From Histomonas meleagridis 2922-C6/04-290x (taxonomy: Eukaryota > Protista > Parabasalia), in contig JAANOX010000034.1 of NCBI GenBank assembly GCA_020184695.1, positions 543,118 through 607,117 of the forward strand: 64,000 bases of DNA, read 5' to 3'. Every line of letters begins with the position of its first letter. Positions within the stretch are counted from its first letter, which is position 1. The translations under genes and the position numbers were made by a program. The notes beneath the pieces are model-generated. The model searched no databases. It had not been told where the DNA came from and was given only the letters and a program-made list of their open reading frames with translations. Below are positions 10,632 through 22,708 of the stretch, one piece after another.

Positions 10632-11949
10632 TTATCATAAATCAGAATTTCAATACTTTACCACAAATTTGGTCGACAATATATATACATATGATTGGTA
10701 TTCACTTAATGAAATGATAAATTCAACTTTTTCAATCATATTTAAAGTTCTTATGCATGTAATGCTATCTCTATTAGGTTGATTTGATTATATTTTAGGA
10801 TACTTGTATTCCTATGAATATAAATTGGTCTGTAAATAAAAAAGTTATTCATTAAGTAATTAGCTAATTTTATTCATAATATTAAATTTATACTTACTAC
10901 CTGTTGGTAAAACATTACAACTTCGGTTTATTATATAAAATTATATACATGTATTATTATTTAAGACTTCTAAGAAAGAAGAAGTATTAAAGAAAATAAG
11001 TATTTATTTTTTAGTGAATAAATAGGTTCAAGATTCTTTATAATAAATAATATTGGATAATAATTTTGAGCTTAGACTTTTGTTTAAATTCTGTGAAGTT
11101 TTATGTATGAAAAAACAATATGATTACTTATATTTTGATATATAAAATAAATTTTTATATTATTATAACATGAATATCTATTAAATTATATTGTATTTAT
11201 CGTTTTTATATAATTTACTTAAATTGATTAGTGGGATGTAGAGAAAAGAAATGTTTTCAAAACTTCATAGTCTCCAATAGTTAAAAAACTCAAAAATGTA
11301 ATCGAGAAAAAGTTTATAATTAGATATTTTTTTTTAACATATATAAAAAATATAAAAAAGTATATTCAGAATTGAAAAATATACTAATAGAAAACACTGT
11401 ATATAAAGTAATTTCAAGAAGATTTATAAAAAATTTAAAAAAGTGAATTTATCAGATTTATCTGTAAATACATGGTATTAAAAGAGGAATAATTTTAAGA
11501 TATTCATAAAATGCAATGTATTCATCATGAATCATGATATATCTCTGACTTATAATCAAGTAAAATATTTCTCTCAATTAAAAGCCAAATGGCATCTTTC
11601 AAAACATATTTTACGTCTAAATCGATTCCCACAGTTATTTGTGGAGGAAGAATTCAATGTAATGGATTCAATATTTGCTCGAAGCGTCTGGTAGATTTGT
11701 ATATCAATTGAAAATATTACTCGGATTATACTCAAATCCCGAGAGGGAGGTTAATCGTTCAATCAACCAAAACTCTCAATGGTTTCCTTGTTCGTCTTTC
11801 TACTTGCGTTCTATGCTAGATCAGAAGCACTCACGATTTCAGACAATCAGAAAATTGTTAAGGACAATATGGATCACATAAAACTGATTATCTTATCATT
11901 TCAAAAGATGTTGAAATAATTTGTGAATATTCATTTTAGCAATTGATAA

Positions 11950-12890
11950 AAATGTCAACATTAGTGATGATGTTTTAACAACCGAACAATCCGCCCCCTC
12001 AAGCTGTAACGAATTAGTATCCATTGGTATTGGCAAAAATTTAAAGACAATTGGATCCTCAGCTTTTGATACTTGCCAATCGTTAATTCACATTAATATA
12101 CCTGATACTGTTACTCATCTTAGTTCCAGAATCTTTTATTTTTGCACCAAGTTACAAAACCTACAAATGGTCAAAATACTGTGTTATTGCAAACGAAACA
12201 TTTCATGGATGTGGTTTGTAGCTTTTTACAATTCCTAAAACAGTTAAAACCATTGGTTGGTATGCATTCCAAAACTGTAATCATATGGAAACAGTTATTT
12301 TCGAGAAGGAATTGACCTTAAAGAGTTATCACATGACATATTTCATCAATGTGAAGAATTAGTTAACATTAAGATTACAAGCACAGTCTCTTCAATTGGT
12401 GAATATACTTTTTGTTCATGCCTCAGATTAAAAGAGATTAAAAATTTGGTTACATCCATTGCTGGCAACACCTTCGAAGAATGCAAACTTTTGACTTCAA
12501 TTGTATTTGGCGAAAAAGTCGAAACAAATGGAATCGAAGCATTTTCTGGTTGTTCTAATTTGAAGGACATAACAATACCAAACTCCGTTATCACACTAAA
12601 GAATACGCATTCCATAACTTAGCTTCAATTACAATTGGCAAAAACGTGAACACCATTGATACAAATGCGTTTTTGGATTGCGGAGAACTCAAATATATTC
12701 GCTACAATGGCACTAAGGAGCCGAAGTGCGTCGACAGTTGTAGCTACAACTGTTTACGTCGGCAAAGATTACGAAGATAAAACATTTGGTGGAATCCAAG
12801 TTACCATAGACGAAGAGAAAAAGCCGGAACCAAAACCGGAAGAGACAGTGAATGAAGATAAGGAGACAAAAAATGATCTGAAATTATATA
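11950..12890 (+). pseudogene. BspA-like LRR_5 surface protein pseudogene, disrupted by the mariner
   Basis: Frameshifted TpLRR repeats (IGKNLKTIGSSAFDTC, VKTIGWYAFQNC, IEAFSGCSNLKDITIPNSV, IDTNAFLDCGEL), then a stalk EEKKPEPKPEE; a TM-like remnant LYIYIAIL* continues past 14180. Confidence 0.8.
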
Positions 12891-14178
12891 GGGGGGACGG
12901 AAATGTTTTATCCTAAATATAATAGAATCGAAATAAAAGATTTTAATTATTTTTTTTAGGTTTACTTATGATAGTAGTTACCTTTGTTCTTTATCACCCA
13001 TTGACATCTTTCAATCCATTCTTCACAAAAACTTTTGCTAAAGTATCCTTTGAAATTTCACACAAAATTTCAGTTATTTTATCGTGCAATTGTTGAAAAT
13101 CATCGAATTTTTCTCCTTCTAGTTGATTTTTTAAAAAACCAAATAAAAAGAAATATGAAGGAGCAAGATCTGGTGAATATGGTGGCTGTGGAGCTCTTTT
13201 AAAACCATTATCAACCAAAAATTTAGTTGAAGCATTAGAGGTATGGGGAAATGCATTATCGTAATGTAAAACATATGGGTTTTCATTGGGCTTTTTTCTT
13301 TGTGGGTATACAATTTGCTTCAAGGGTTTAATTATATTATTAATAAAATACTTTGAGTTAAATTTTTCACCATCTTTCATAATATCAATCATAAAGAATT
13401 GATCAATATTCCAAAAGATAGTTACCATATATTTTATCGTGTCAATTTTTGTATCGATAATTTCAGGTAAATTATATCTTGATTGTGACCACATATGCTT
13501 GTGATCATATGATAAGAAAAATTATGATTCATCCCCAGTTATGATTCTATGGAAACCTTTTCTCTTACTAACTTTTAAGAAATCAAGAAGCTCAGTTGCT
13601 TTTCGCACTCTTTTTTCTTTCATTTCACATGTCAGTTCATATGGAACCACTCTTAAATTATAATAATGGTTGCCTAATTTATTGAGGTGATCATTTATGG
13701 TGGATCGTGGTATAGATAAGGTATCACTTAATGCGGATGTCGAATGAAATGGTTCCATTTCGAGTGCAGCCAAAATTTTTGAATCAATGAAATCAAGTAC
13801 TGGTCTTCCTGGACTTTGAATGTTTGTTATTTCAGATCTCCCTAATTTAAATTGATGCACCCAATATTTTATGATATTAATATCAAGTGCATCTTGGTGA
13901 TAAACATCATCTAACTCTTGTTTAATTTGGCTGAGTTTAAAGCCTTTTCTTTTCAGGAAAAATATGACTGCTCTTTGTTCGACTTCCATAAAAATGAAAA
14001 ATGTTTAGCAAGAATGACAATATGAAAGTTTATTTTTGACATTTTTTCGATATATAAAATATTTCTGATCTCAAAAATTATATCATTATTATTACAGTCT
14101 TTTGTATTTTTATATATATAATTTTTATTAAAAAAAAATAAAAGGATCCTATTTAGGATAAAACATTTCCGTCCCCCC
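12891..14178 (-). mobile_element. Tc1/mariner DNA transposon, 1288 bp
   Basis: Perfect 29-bp TIRs GGGGGGACGGAAATGTTTTATCCTAAATA at 12891-12919 and 14150-14178; TA on both flanks (12889-90, 14179-80); internal transposase. Confidence 0.95.
12994..13989 (-). pseudogene. Mariner transposase, inactivated
   Basis: HTH N-terminus and motifs IITGDES, LHYDNA, PPYSPDLAPSY. In-frame TAA at 13522-24 replaces the W of DESW (both ORFs share one frame); third catalytic Asp reads Tyr. Confidence 0.9.
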
Positions 14179-14370
14179 TATATATATTGCAATATTGTAA
14201 GCTGTTGGAAAACCATAAGTTTTCGAGAGCTTCAAAATATCTTTGAAGAATGAATGGAGATGTTAAACTGGGTCATTGAAAACAATGGGTAATACCTTAT
14301 CAAATCTAAATCAAATTTTTTTTACTGGTTGAAATCGGAAAAGTGGTTATTATTTATTTACCTACTAAAC

Positions 14371-16571
14371 TTATTTATATTTTTCAAGTAATTTTATAAT
14401 TTCAATATCCCCTTTCTTAGTTGCATATGTAAAAGCTGTTTCTTTCATTTGATTGAAATTCCAAATTTGATTTTATAATTTTAATTATTAAATTGATAAA
14501 TCTTTTAAAATATTTGAACATCTTTCATATTTATATCAATATTATCATTTTTAAGTAATATTTTAATAACTTCAATCTTTTTTTATTCTCAATCGCTTTT
14601 AATAAGTGCTATTTTATAAAATTTAATGATTTTCCAAATATAATTTTGATATCCAAAAAATTTCATAGAAAAATTATTATCAAAAAATAAATATTTTTAG
14701 CATTAATATCAATTCCTTTATGTTCAAGAAGTAATTTGACTATTTCTGTGTGGCCTTTTTCAGATGCATTCATAAGTGTTGTATTAAATAATTTAAATAA
14801 TTTCCAAATATTATTTTGTAATCCAAAATTATTAAAATAAATATCAAATAAATCTAACAAAGATTTTTAGCATCAATGTCGATTCCTTCTTGTTCGATAA
14901 GTAATTTAGAGATTTTGATGTTACCATTTTCAGATGCAATCATGAGTGCTGTACTAAATAATTTAAATGATTTCCAAATATTATTTTGAAATATTAAATT
15001 ATTAAAATAAATATAAAATAATACTAATAAATATTTCCTTTGGCATTAATATCAATTCCTTTATGTTCAAGAAGTAATTTAACTATTTCTGTATTCCCAT
15101 TTTCAGATGCTACTATAAGTGCTGTTTTAAATAATTTAAATAATTTCCAAATATTATTTTGAATTTTTAAATTATTAAAATAAATATCAAATAAAACAAA
15201 TAAATATCTTTAGCATTAATATTAATTCCTTTATGTTCAAGAAGTAATTTAACTATTTCTGTATAACCTTTTGAAGATGCTTCAATAAGTGCTGGACTAA
15301 ATAATTTATATGATTTCCAAATATTATTTTAAAATCCAAAATTATAAAAATAAATCTTAAATAAAACAAATAAATATCTTTAGCATTAACATCAATTCCT
15401 TCTTGTTCAAGAAGTAATTTAACTATTTCTATATTATTTTTTATAGATGCTCTAATAAGTGCTGTTTGAAATAATTTAAATAAATTCTAAACATTGTTTT
15501 GAAATTAGAAATTATAAAAATAAATCCCAAATAAATAAAATAAATACTTTTAGCATTAATATCAATTCCTTTATGTTCAAGAAGTACTTTAACTATTTCT
15601 GTATTACCATCAGAAGATGCTCTAATAAGTGCTGTCATAAATAATACAAATAATTTTCAAATATTATTTTGAATTATCAAATTATTAAAACAAATTTTAA
15701 ATAAAACAAATAAAAATCTTTAGCTTCAATATCAATTCCCTTTTTTTTAAGAAGTATTTTAACTGTTTCTGTTTGACCATTTTTAGATGCCATCATAAGT
15801 GCTGTATTAAATAATTTAAATAATTTTTAAATATTATTTTGAAATATTAAATTATTAAAATAAATATCAAATAAAACAAACAAATATTTTCTTTAGCATT
15901 AAGATCAATTCCTTTATGTTCAAGAAGTAATTTAACTATTTCTGTATGACCATTCCAAGATGCTAAAATAAGTGCTGTCCAAAATAATTTAAATAATTTT
16001 TAAATATTATTTTGAAATATAAAACTATTAAAATAAATATCAAATAAAACAAATAAATATCTTTTACATTAACATCAATTCCTTTATGTTCAAGAAGTAA
16101 TTTAACAATTTCTGTATAACCATTTTCAGATGCCATCATAAGTGCTGTTTTAAATAATTTAAATAATTTTTAAATATTATTTTGAAATAGAAAATTATTT
16201 AAATAAATATCAAATAAAACAAATAAATATTTTTAGCATTAACATCAATTCCTTTATGTTCAAGAAGTAATTTAACAATTTCTGTATAACCATTTTCAGA
16301 TGCCATCATAAGTGCTGTTTTAAATAATTTAAATAATTTTTAAATATTATTTTGAAATATAAAATTATTAAAATAAATCCAAAATAAAACAAAAAAATAT
16401 CTTTTGCATTAATATCAATTCCTTTTTGTTCAAGAAGTAATTTAACTATTTCTGTATAATTATTGAAAGATGCCCACATAAGTGCTGTCATAAATAATTT
16501 ATATAATTTCCAAATATTATTTTGAAATATCAAATTATTAAAATAAATACCAAATAAAACAAATAAATATC
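14371..16571 (-). repeat. Tandem array B: ankyrin block plus spacer
   Basis: 11 spacers of exactly 77 nt and 2 of 80 nt (77 plus one extra AAT codon); 11 of 12 internal blocks are 93 nt. Confidence 0.95.
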
Positions 16572-17744
16572 TTTAGCATTAATTCCTTTTTGTTCCAAAA
16601 AATATTTAACAAGTTCAATGTTTCCAGATTTTGATAAAAAACGTATAATATCGTTTGGAATTTGATTGAATTTAAGTAAATATTTGATAAGAAATAAATT
16701 TCCAATTCTTGCTGATTTTTTGATAATTTCATAATTGATCTTCATTCCTTCTTTTAATAAAAATGAAAAAATATCATAATTATGATTTGAAACACAAATT
16801 TTCCCTAATTCTTCTATTTGGTTAATTTCAATTATTTTATTATCATAAAGATAATGAAAAATATCATTTTGATGAAATTCTATTGCTGCTTCATATACAT
16901 TTGCATATAAACGGTTTTGTTCACATAAATGAATTATCTCTAAATTTCCACCTGCAACTGCATATTTACCTGTATCTTCAAAATTAACATCATTCATTAA
17001 CAAATATTTAAAACATTTAACAGATCCAAAAAATGCTGCATAATCAATTAATGTAACATTATCTTTATTAATAAATGAACATCTTTCATAAAGCGATGGT
17101 TCAATTGTTTGATTAAAATCAAATTTTGTTTGTGATGATATTTCTTGAAGTTTTTCTATTTCATCATTTCGAATTATTTTCGCAATTTCATTTGGATTAT
17201 GTCCTTCTTTAATTAATTGTTTATGAAGTTCAAAATTATTATTTGAAAGTTTTTCATAATTATCTAAAATTTCTTTCTCAAAACTATGTTTTATTTGGTA
17301 TAGTTTTATTTCGGATATAGTTTTATAGTGAATAAAATAAAATGATTTTATATTTCGTATCATTTTTTCTTCAATTATATTATGTTCAATCAATTTTTCA
17401 AGAATATAATTAGATTCTTGTGTATTTAAATGAAATAGAAAATTTGTAAATATATTAATGATATTATTCGTCGTTTCTTTATTTGTTTCTGAACATTGAA
17501 ATGTTTTTATATATTCAATAATTATTTCAATTTTTTGATGATGTGCCTTAAAATATGAATAAATCAATTGACAAATGATAAGTTTAAATGAATAAGGATA
17601 TTGTTGATTATTATGATATAATGATAATTCAACTGTTTCTGAAATATTATTTTCATTCATTCTAAATATTATTTCTTCTATTTTTTGCAACATTTCGACA
17701 GGATATTGGTTTTTTTCTTCAATTTGTGTTTGATTATTTCCCAT
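14371..17744 (-). CDS. DUF3447-ankyrin gene B, interrupted by 13 spacers
   Basis: Likely ATG at 17744 (MGNNQT); DUF3447 motifs; 12 internal ankyrin blocks plus terminal block ending KYK-TAA at 14371-73. Confidence 0.8.
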
Positions 17745-18249
17745 TTTGTTTCCTTTCCTTATTGACCTTGGTCCAATAAATTGAATAGAAAACGACCAAA
17801 TGGTCCTTTCAATTAGCGGTCTGCAGACATTTTGCTTGTTTTGAATAAATATCATTATCCATATTTATTTTTAAAGTTTCAAATAGTACATTCTTATAAA
17901 TATTAGTGTATTTATTGTTTCTTGTAATATTATGATTTTTCATGAAACATCGTACCTTTATTCACAGAAACTTCATCCCCCAACGTACGTTAAGCCCAAA
18001 TAACGTATTTTTTCTCATGTTTTTCTTGAAAATCCTGAAACCAAACAAAATTGAGGTATATATACAATCTTTTATTTGATTTGATATATTACTTTTTTGA
18101 GTTTCACTAAATTCCATGTAAATTTTTTGTAGTTTTATGGTTCCCTTGAAGAAAATAAGATGATACAAATATTTTGAGTAAATTTTAATCGTTTTGTATT
18201 TAATATAACGGTTTGTGAATAACGTCTTTTAAACGGTTTCAATCCCCCC

Positions 18250-19720
18250 CGAGGATGAATCCGACCAGATATGCATTGAAGATACCATTCTTACACAACT
18301 TAATAAAAATTATTAATTTATTTTGCAGATGAAAAATAAAATTTATTTTTTATTATCTGATCTGATCATGTGTTCAATTCGATTGAATTAGTCATGTGTT
18401 TTTATCAAATGATGAAGTTGGTCATATTTCTATTCAATGTTCAAGCATGCGAAAGGGCATGAAAATTCATGCACGAAATTTAAGGATGTTTTTCTTACAA
18501 GGTAATCATGTTGCATGATGGCAAAGAGCTATCGAGAGACTGCGCAAGAAAAAGGTACATGTGTACCATTTACAGAGAAAGTATAAAATAATCCAAGCAT
18601 AAATAAACTCGCTGGCGCAGCAAATATTCGATTTCATGATTCATGGGATAAGAATCTTACTGCAGCTTATCAAGAATCTCAAAAAATTTATTTTAAGTGT
18701 ATTGAAATATGTCGATGAATTTATACCAATATTTGCAGAAAAGATTAATGAATTTGATTTTGGTCCATCATTAATTTGTTTGTTATCACGTTTATCCAAA
18801 GAAACTATTTTGCAGTACAAAGAGAAGATATTTCATTTTTTATCTCAGAAAAAATATTTCTTATAAATACGAATGAAAAAATGAATTCTTTTTTGAAAAT
18901 CCTTTTGGAAATTTAAAAGTTATATACCGAATGACAAATTAAAGAATTTGATTTTATTTACCGAGAACTATTAATTATCAGTTTAGGATTTGATCATATT
19001 ATGGATTTTAGATAAGATTGAATCTTGATTATGTTTATAATAAGACAAGCATATTAACATCTGTATATGATTCTTATCAAATCACAGGTAAACCAGAATA
19101 TCATGAAAAAAAAAATGGATGGATTGGAATGCTAATTGGCCTTATGCTTATTCTGATGATGTTGTTGTGAATTCAACAAATCAATTAATATTAATTGGTT
19201 CTGTTAATAATTTTATCAAATTCAGGACAAAAAATTGATACTTATGCAACTTGTGATGAACAAATATTTAAGTATGCTAAAGAAGATTATGATTTATAAG
19301 TTGCAAAATTAAATTTATTGATGGTGCAGCATGTACAGTATTATTTGAATTTTATCATCTACAAACAAGAAAAGAATCAATACAAAATCGTTTTAATCTT
19401 TTACAATATTTCCATGAAAATGAACATGGAAAACTTGTTGTTTTAAGTCAAGATGCTAGAGATCTTGTAATTCCTTATTGTGATTACTTTTATGGAATTT
19501 GGTACAAATGCAGTGGAATATTTAGGTGTAGCACAAACACAAGTTATGACTAATGAAAGCATACGTGTGCCTTTATTCCAACATGTTTTTCATGATTATG
19601 TTATATCTTTTTGGAGTGGTAACGATTATAATTCTAGATATATTCCTTTATGCGATTTATGAAATATATTACATGGTCCCCCTGCAGTTTATGTTATAAC
19701 ACAAAATAATTGAATCAATT
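18250..19720 (+). pseudogene. Decayed bacterial-type glycoside hydrolase-like gene (DUF5696/GH101-GH129-like, family uncertain)
   Basis: Fragments across frames: MAKSYRETAQEKG..NPSINKLAGAANI, LTSVYDSYQ, SQDARDLVIPYCDYF, RVPLFQHVFHDYVISFWSGNDYN, NILHGPP; many stops and frameshifts; family match is from memory. Confidence 0.45.
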
Positions 19721-20186
19721 TGTTTTGAAGACAAACAAGATATTTTCTTTTTGTGTGTGTCACTACCTATTTGAATTCCTAATTCTTTATAAAATTATAT
19801 TTCAAAATGTTTAATCAATTATTGATGACATATTCATATGTAATGTAACTATTTTTTATCACTTATCTATATTAAAATCAAAATTAGAGAATAAATTGAT
19901 TTTTACTTAGTTATATACAATAAATATTTATCTTAACACACTATAATCTTTCCTTGAAAAGCACCACAACTATGTGGGGTTTTTATTAAATATATTGAAA
20001 GTGAAAATATTTAAATTCTATTTTATAAATGCATAGAATGCATGGAAAGCATTTTACTTTCATGAAGCAATGAAAAAGTTCTATTGGTTTATTGAGCTAG
20101 GTCGCTGAGTAAAAAAAAATCTATTTAAAAGTGTTATTACAAAATAACAAATATTCATAAAAATTTTATTTTTATTGATAATTATT

Positions 20187-22008
20187 TTAAATTTGTTCAA
20201 TAAATTTTTCTTCTTGAAAATCTTCAGCAAATGGATCTTCTTCAATGTTTATGTTACTTATTCCTGTTGTAAATGTATTCGTCGTTTCGTTTTCATTTTG
20301 TTCTGATTTATCATTTTCATAAATTTCTTCTTTTTTATTTCGAATATGTTTCAAAAATATAATTAATAATGTGATAATAACTATTACTATAACAATTACA
20401 CAAACTGAAATGATGATAATCGTTGTTTTATTATCATTATTTTGATTATCATTAACATTAGGGTAAAACATTGTAAAGAAATCGGAATAATAATTATAAT
20501 AAGTCGAATAAATAACAATCGTGTAACTGTAATAAATAAATTCTGTTTCAATATATGAAAATGTCGAATTGTTTATATATAATGAAAATGTTTTCGTTTG
20601 TGTTTCATAAATAGTTAATGAATGTGTAATTGATAATGTAATTGTTAATGTATATGAAAATGATAATGACAATGAAATATCACTTTGAAGTGATGCAGTA
20701 AATGTATTCGAATTAGAAAATGAATTTGATTGACTAAATGAATGTGTTGGAAGTGGTTCGCATATTCCTTCTGTGGATTCGCTAACAACATCTAATTGTC
20801 CAAATTGATCGTCGACATATGTTGAATATGTGATAACACTTGTTGATACATTATAAAATGCACTTAAACCAATGTTTGGTTCTTTGTCTCCATAATAATA
20901 TATACATCGAAGTTTATTACAATTCCCAAATGCTGAACCTCTAATTTCTCTTATTCCATATCCAAGGATTAATATGATTAAATTAGAACATGTTGAAAAT
21001 GCTGAATTTCCAATTGTTGTAACTGAATTTGGAATTGTAATGTTTTTGATTGATGAACACAATGAAAATGCTCCACCACCAATTGTTGTAACACTTTCTC
21101 CAAAAATAATCGTAACCAAATTAGAACATGACGAAAACACATAGCCTCCAATATTTGATACTGAATTACCAAAATTAACTGAAACAACTGAAGGCCATCC
21201 TGAAAATGCATCACCTGGAATTTCATAAATATTTTTCACTGATAGTTATAAATTTTGTGTTATTTTGATATTGTTTAATACCAATAAAATCATTTGCATT
21301 TGTGATTGAAAGTGTTGAATTATCTTTATGAAATATTTCATAAGAATTTGTGAAAAATATAACAAAAATTGAAATGAAAATATTTTCAATTTTTTTCTTT
21401 TCTTTTGCTTTCAATGTATATTTGGTCGTTAATATTTTCTGAACTGAATTTGTGTTTTTCTGATAAAATTTGATATAAATAACCGAAAATCTCATTGAAA
21501 AAATTAAGGTTAAATGAAGTAAAACATTGAAAATATTTGGTCCTTCTTCGTTGTCGTTTTGCATCATAAAAAAATGTGAAAATTCACGTTTTATAGAAGA
21601 TATATCTTCATAACATTCGTTCAAAGCTTCCTCAAGTATGGCGTTATTGACAAATATCTTGATTTCAAAGTCTTTTTTCAAAATGCTTGAAAAATATGTT
21701 CTTTGAATATATTGTTTGTTATTAAAATCATGATGTGTCATTGCTGTAGATTTGTTGTTAAGCCTTGAATTTAAATATAAGTTTCTGATCAAAACTTTAT
21801 AATAATTATTGTTAAATCTTTTAAATTTTTTGGTCATAATTTCATTATTTAAAACTTCTCTATCACATTGGTAAGTCATTCCTTCCTTGCTTTTGTCTTT
21901 TTGTATTTGTAATATTTCTTTTTGAATGATATAGGGTGTGATAAGTCTTATATCGTTTCTAAATCGCTTTGTCATGAGCAGAATGCTGAACAAAAGAAAG
22001 ATTCTCAT
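20187..22008 (-). CDS. BspA-like LRR type I membrane protein, copy 1 (one homopolymer frameshift near 21236)
   Basis: ORFs 21223..22008 and 20187..21239 join if one T is removed, matching contiguous copy 2. Signal peptide, LRR_5 repeats, S/T stalk, TM, acidic tail with DPF. Confidence 0.8.
20463..21362. repeat. ~900-bp direct duplication, partner at 22958-23856
   Basis: I see only 3 substitutions and one homopolymer indel between the copies; abrupt ends. Confidence 0.95.
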
Positions 22009-22708
22009 GCTTCAGCTTGTAATATACTTCTAGGCCTTCGCCAAATATACATCGGCTATCTCAAAAGTTTAAAATCTCACGGTTAAACGTTAAAAGCCCT
22101 GTTGTATAATTATAGTTTTTGAAATCAACTTAGAAATATTTGAATTAACATTTTAGAATGACAATCAAAGGAACGACTTTAAAACATTATGAATACACTT
22201 TTGAATAACATGATGAACGTATGTTATAGAGCTGTATTTGCGCTTTAATTTGATGTGTCTTTTGTCTGTTTATATGGTTTTTGTCATCATTAGAATTTAT
22301 TCTTTTTTAATACATTGGTTATTCTTTAAGTCTATTATTTTATAAAAAGAGCTTGATGCACATAATCCTTCAATGTATTTTCAAATTAAGAAATATTTTC
22401 TGATTTTAAGATATATCAATCCAAGTAAAATCCATCAAATTTCATTTAAAAAGTGCTAACATTTAATGTAAATGTAATCATGATTCAAATTTAATCGGTG
22501 TTCAAACAAAACCACCTTGTTATATTTAAAGACAGTTATACATCTTCAAAATTCAAAATTTCTTATTAAAACAATTTAATAAAAAACATTAAAAAGTCAA
22601 AATGATAATATCGTTAATATGATTTCATTTTATTTTATGTAACATTAAATAATTTTGTATTAGTTCATAAAAATTAAATTTAAAAAATTTTATTATTACA
22701 CATTTTAT

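Noticed and set aside
12656-12916. 86-aa ORF as an independent gene
   Set aside because: It is a frameshifted piece of the BspA pseudogene stalk reading into the mariner TIR.
16322-16398. Spacer removal by recombination between TTATTT-like direct repeats at the two ends
   Set aside because: Deleting between positions 3-8 and 72-77 leaves 8 nt (101-nt repeat, out of frame), and the 5' copy is not conserved.
14371-16571. Arrays as sequencing or assembly artefacts
   Set aside because: Blocks carry distinct, in-frame, protein-sensible substitutions and the pattern recurs at four loci; only the homopolymer length variants look artefactual.
19963-19986. CCACA-ACTA-TGTGG hairpin followed by a T run (terminator-like); also GTGAG-CGATA-CTCAC near 25300
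   Set aside because: 5-bp stems are expected by chance, and bacterial terminators are not meaningful in this eukaryotic context.
21223-21240. Programmed frameshift in BspA copy 1
   Set aside because: A single extra T in a homopolymer relative to the otherwise near-identical copy 2; more likely a long-read error or simple mutation.
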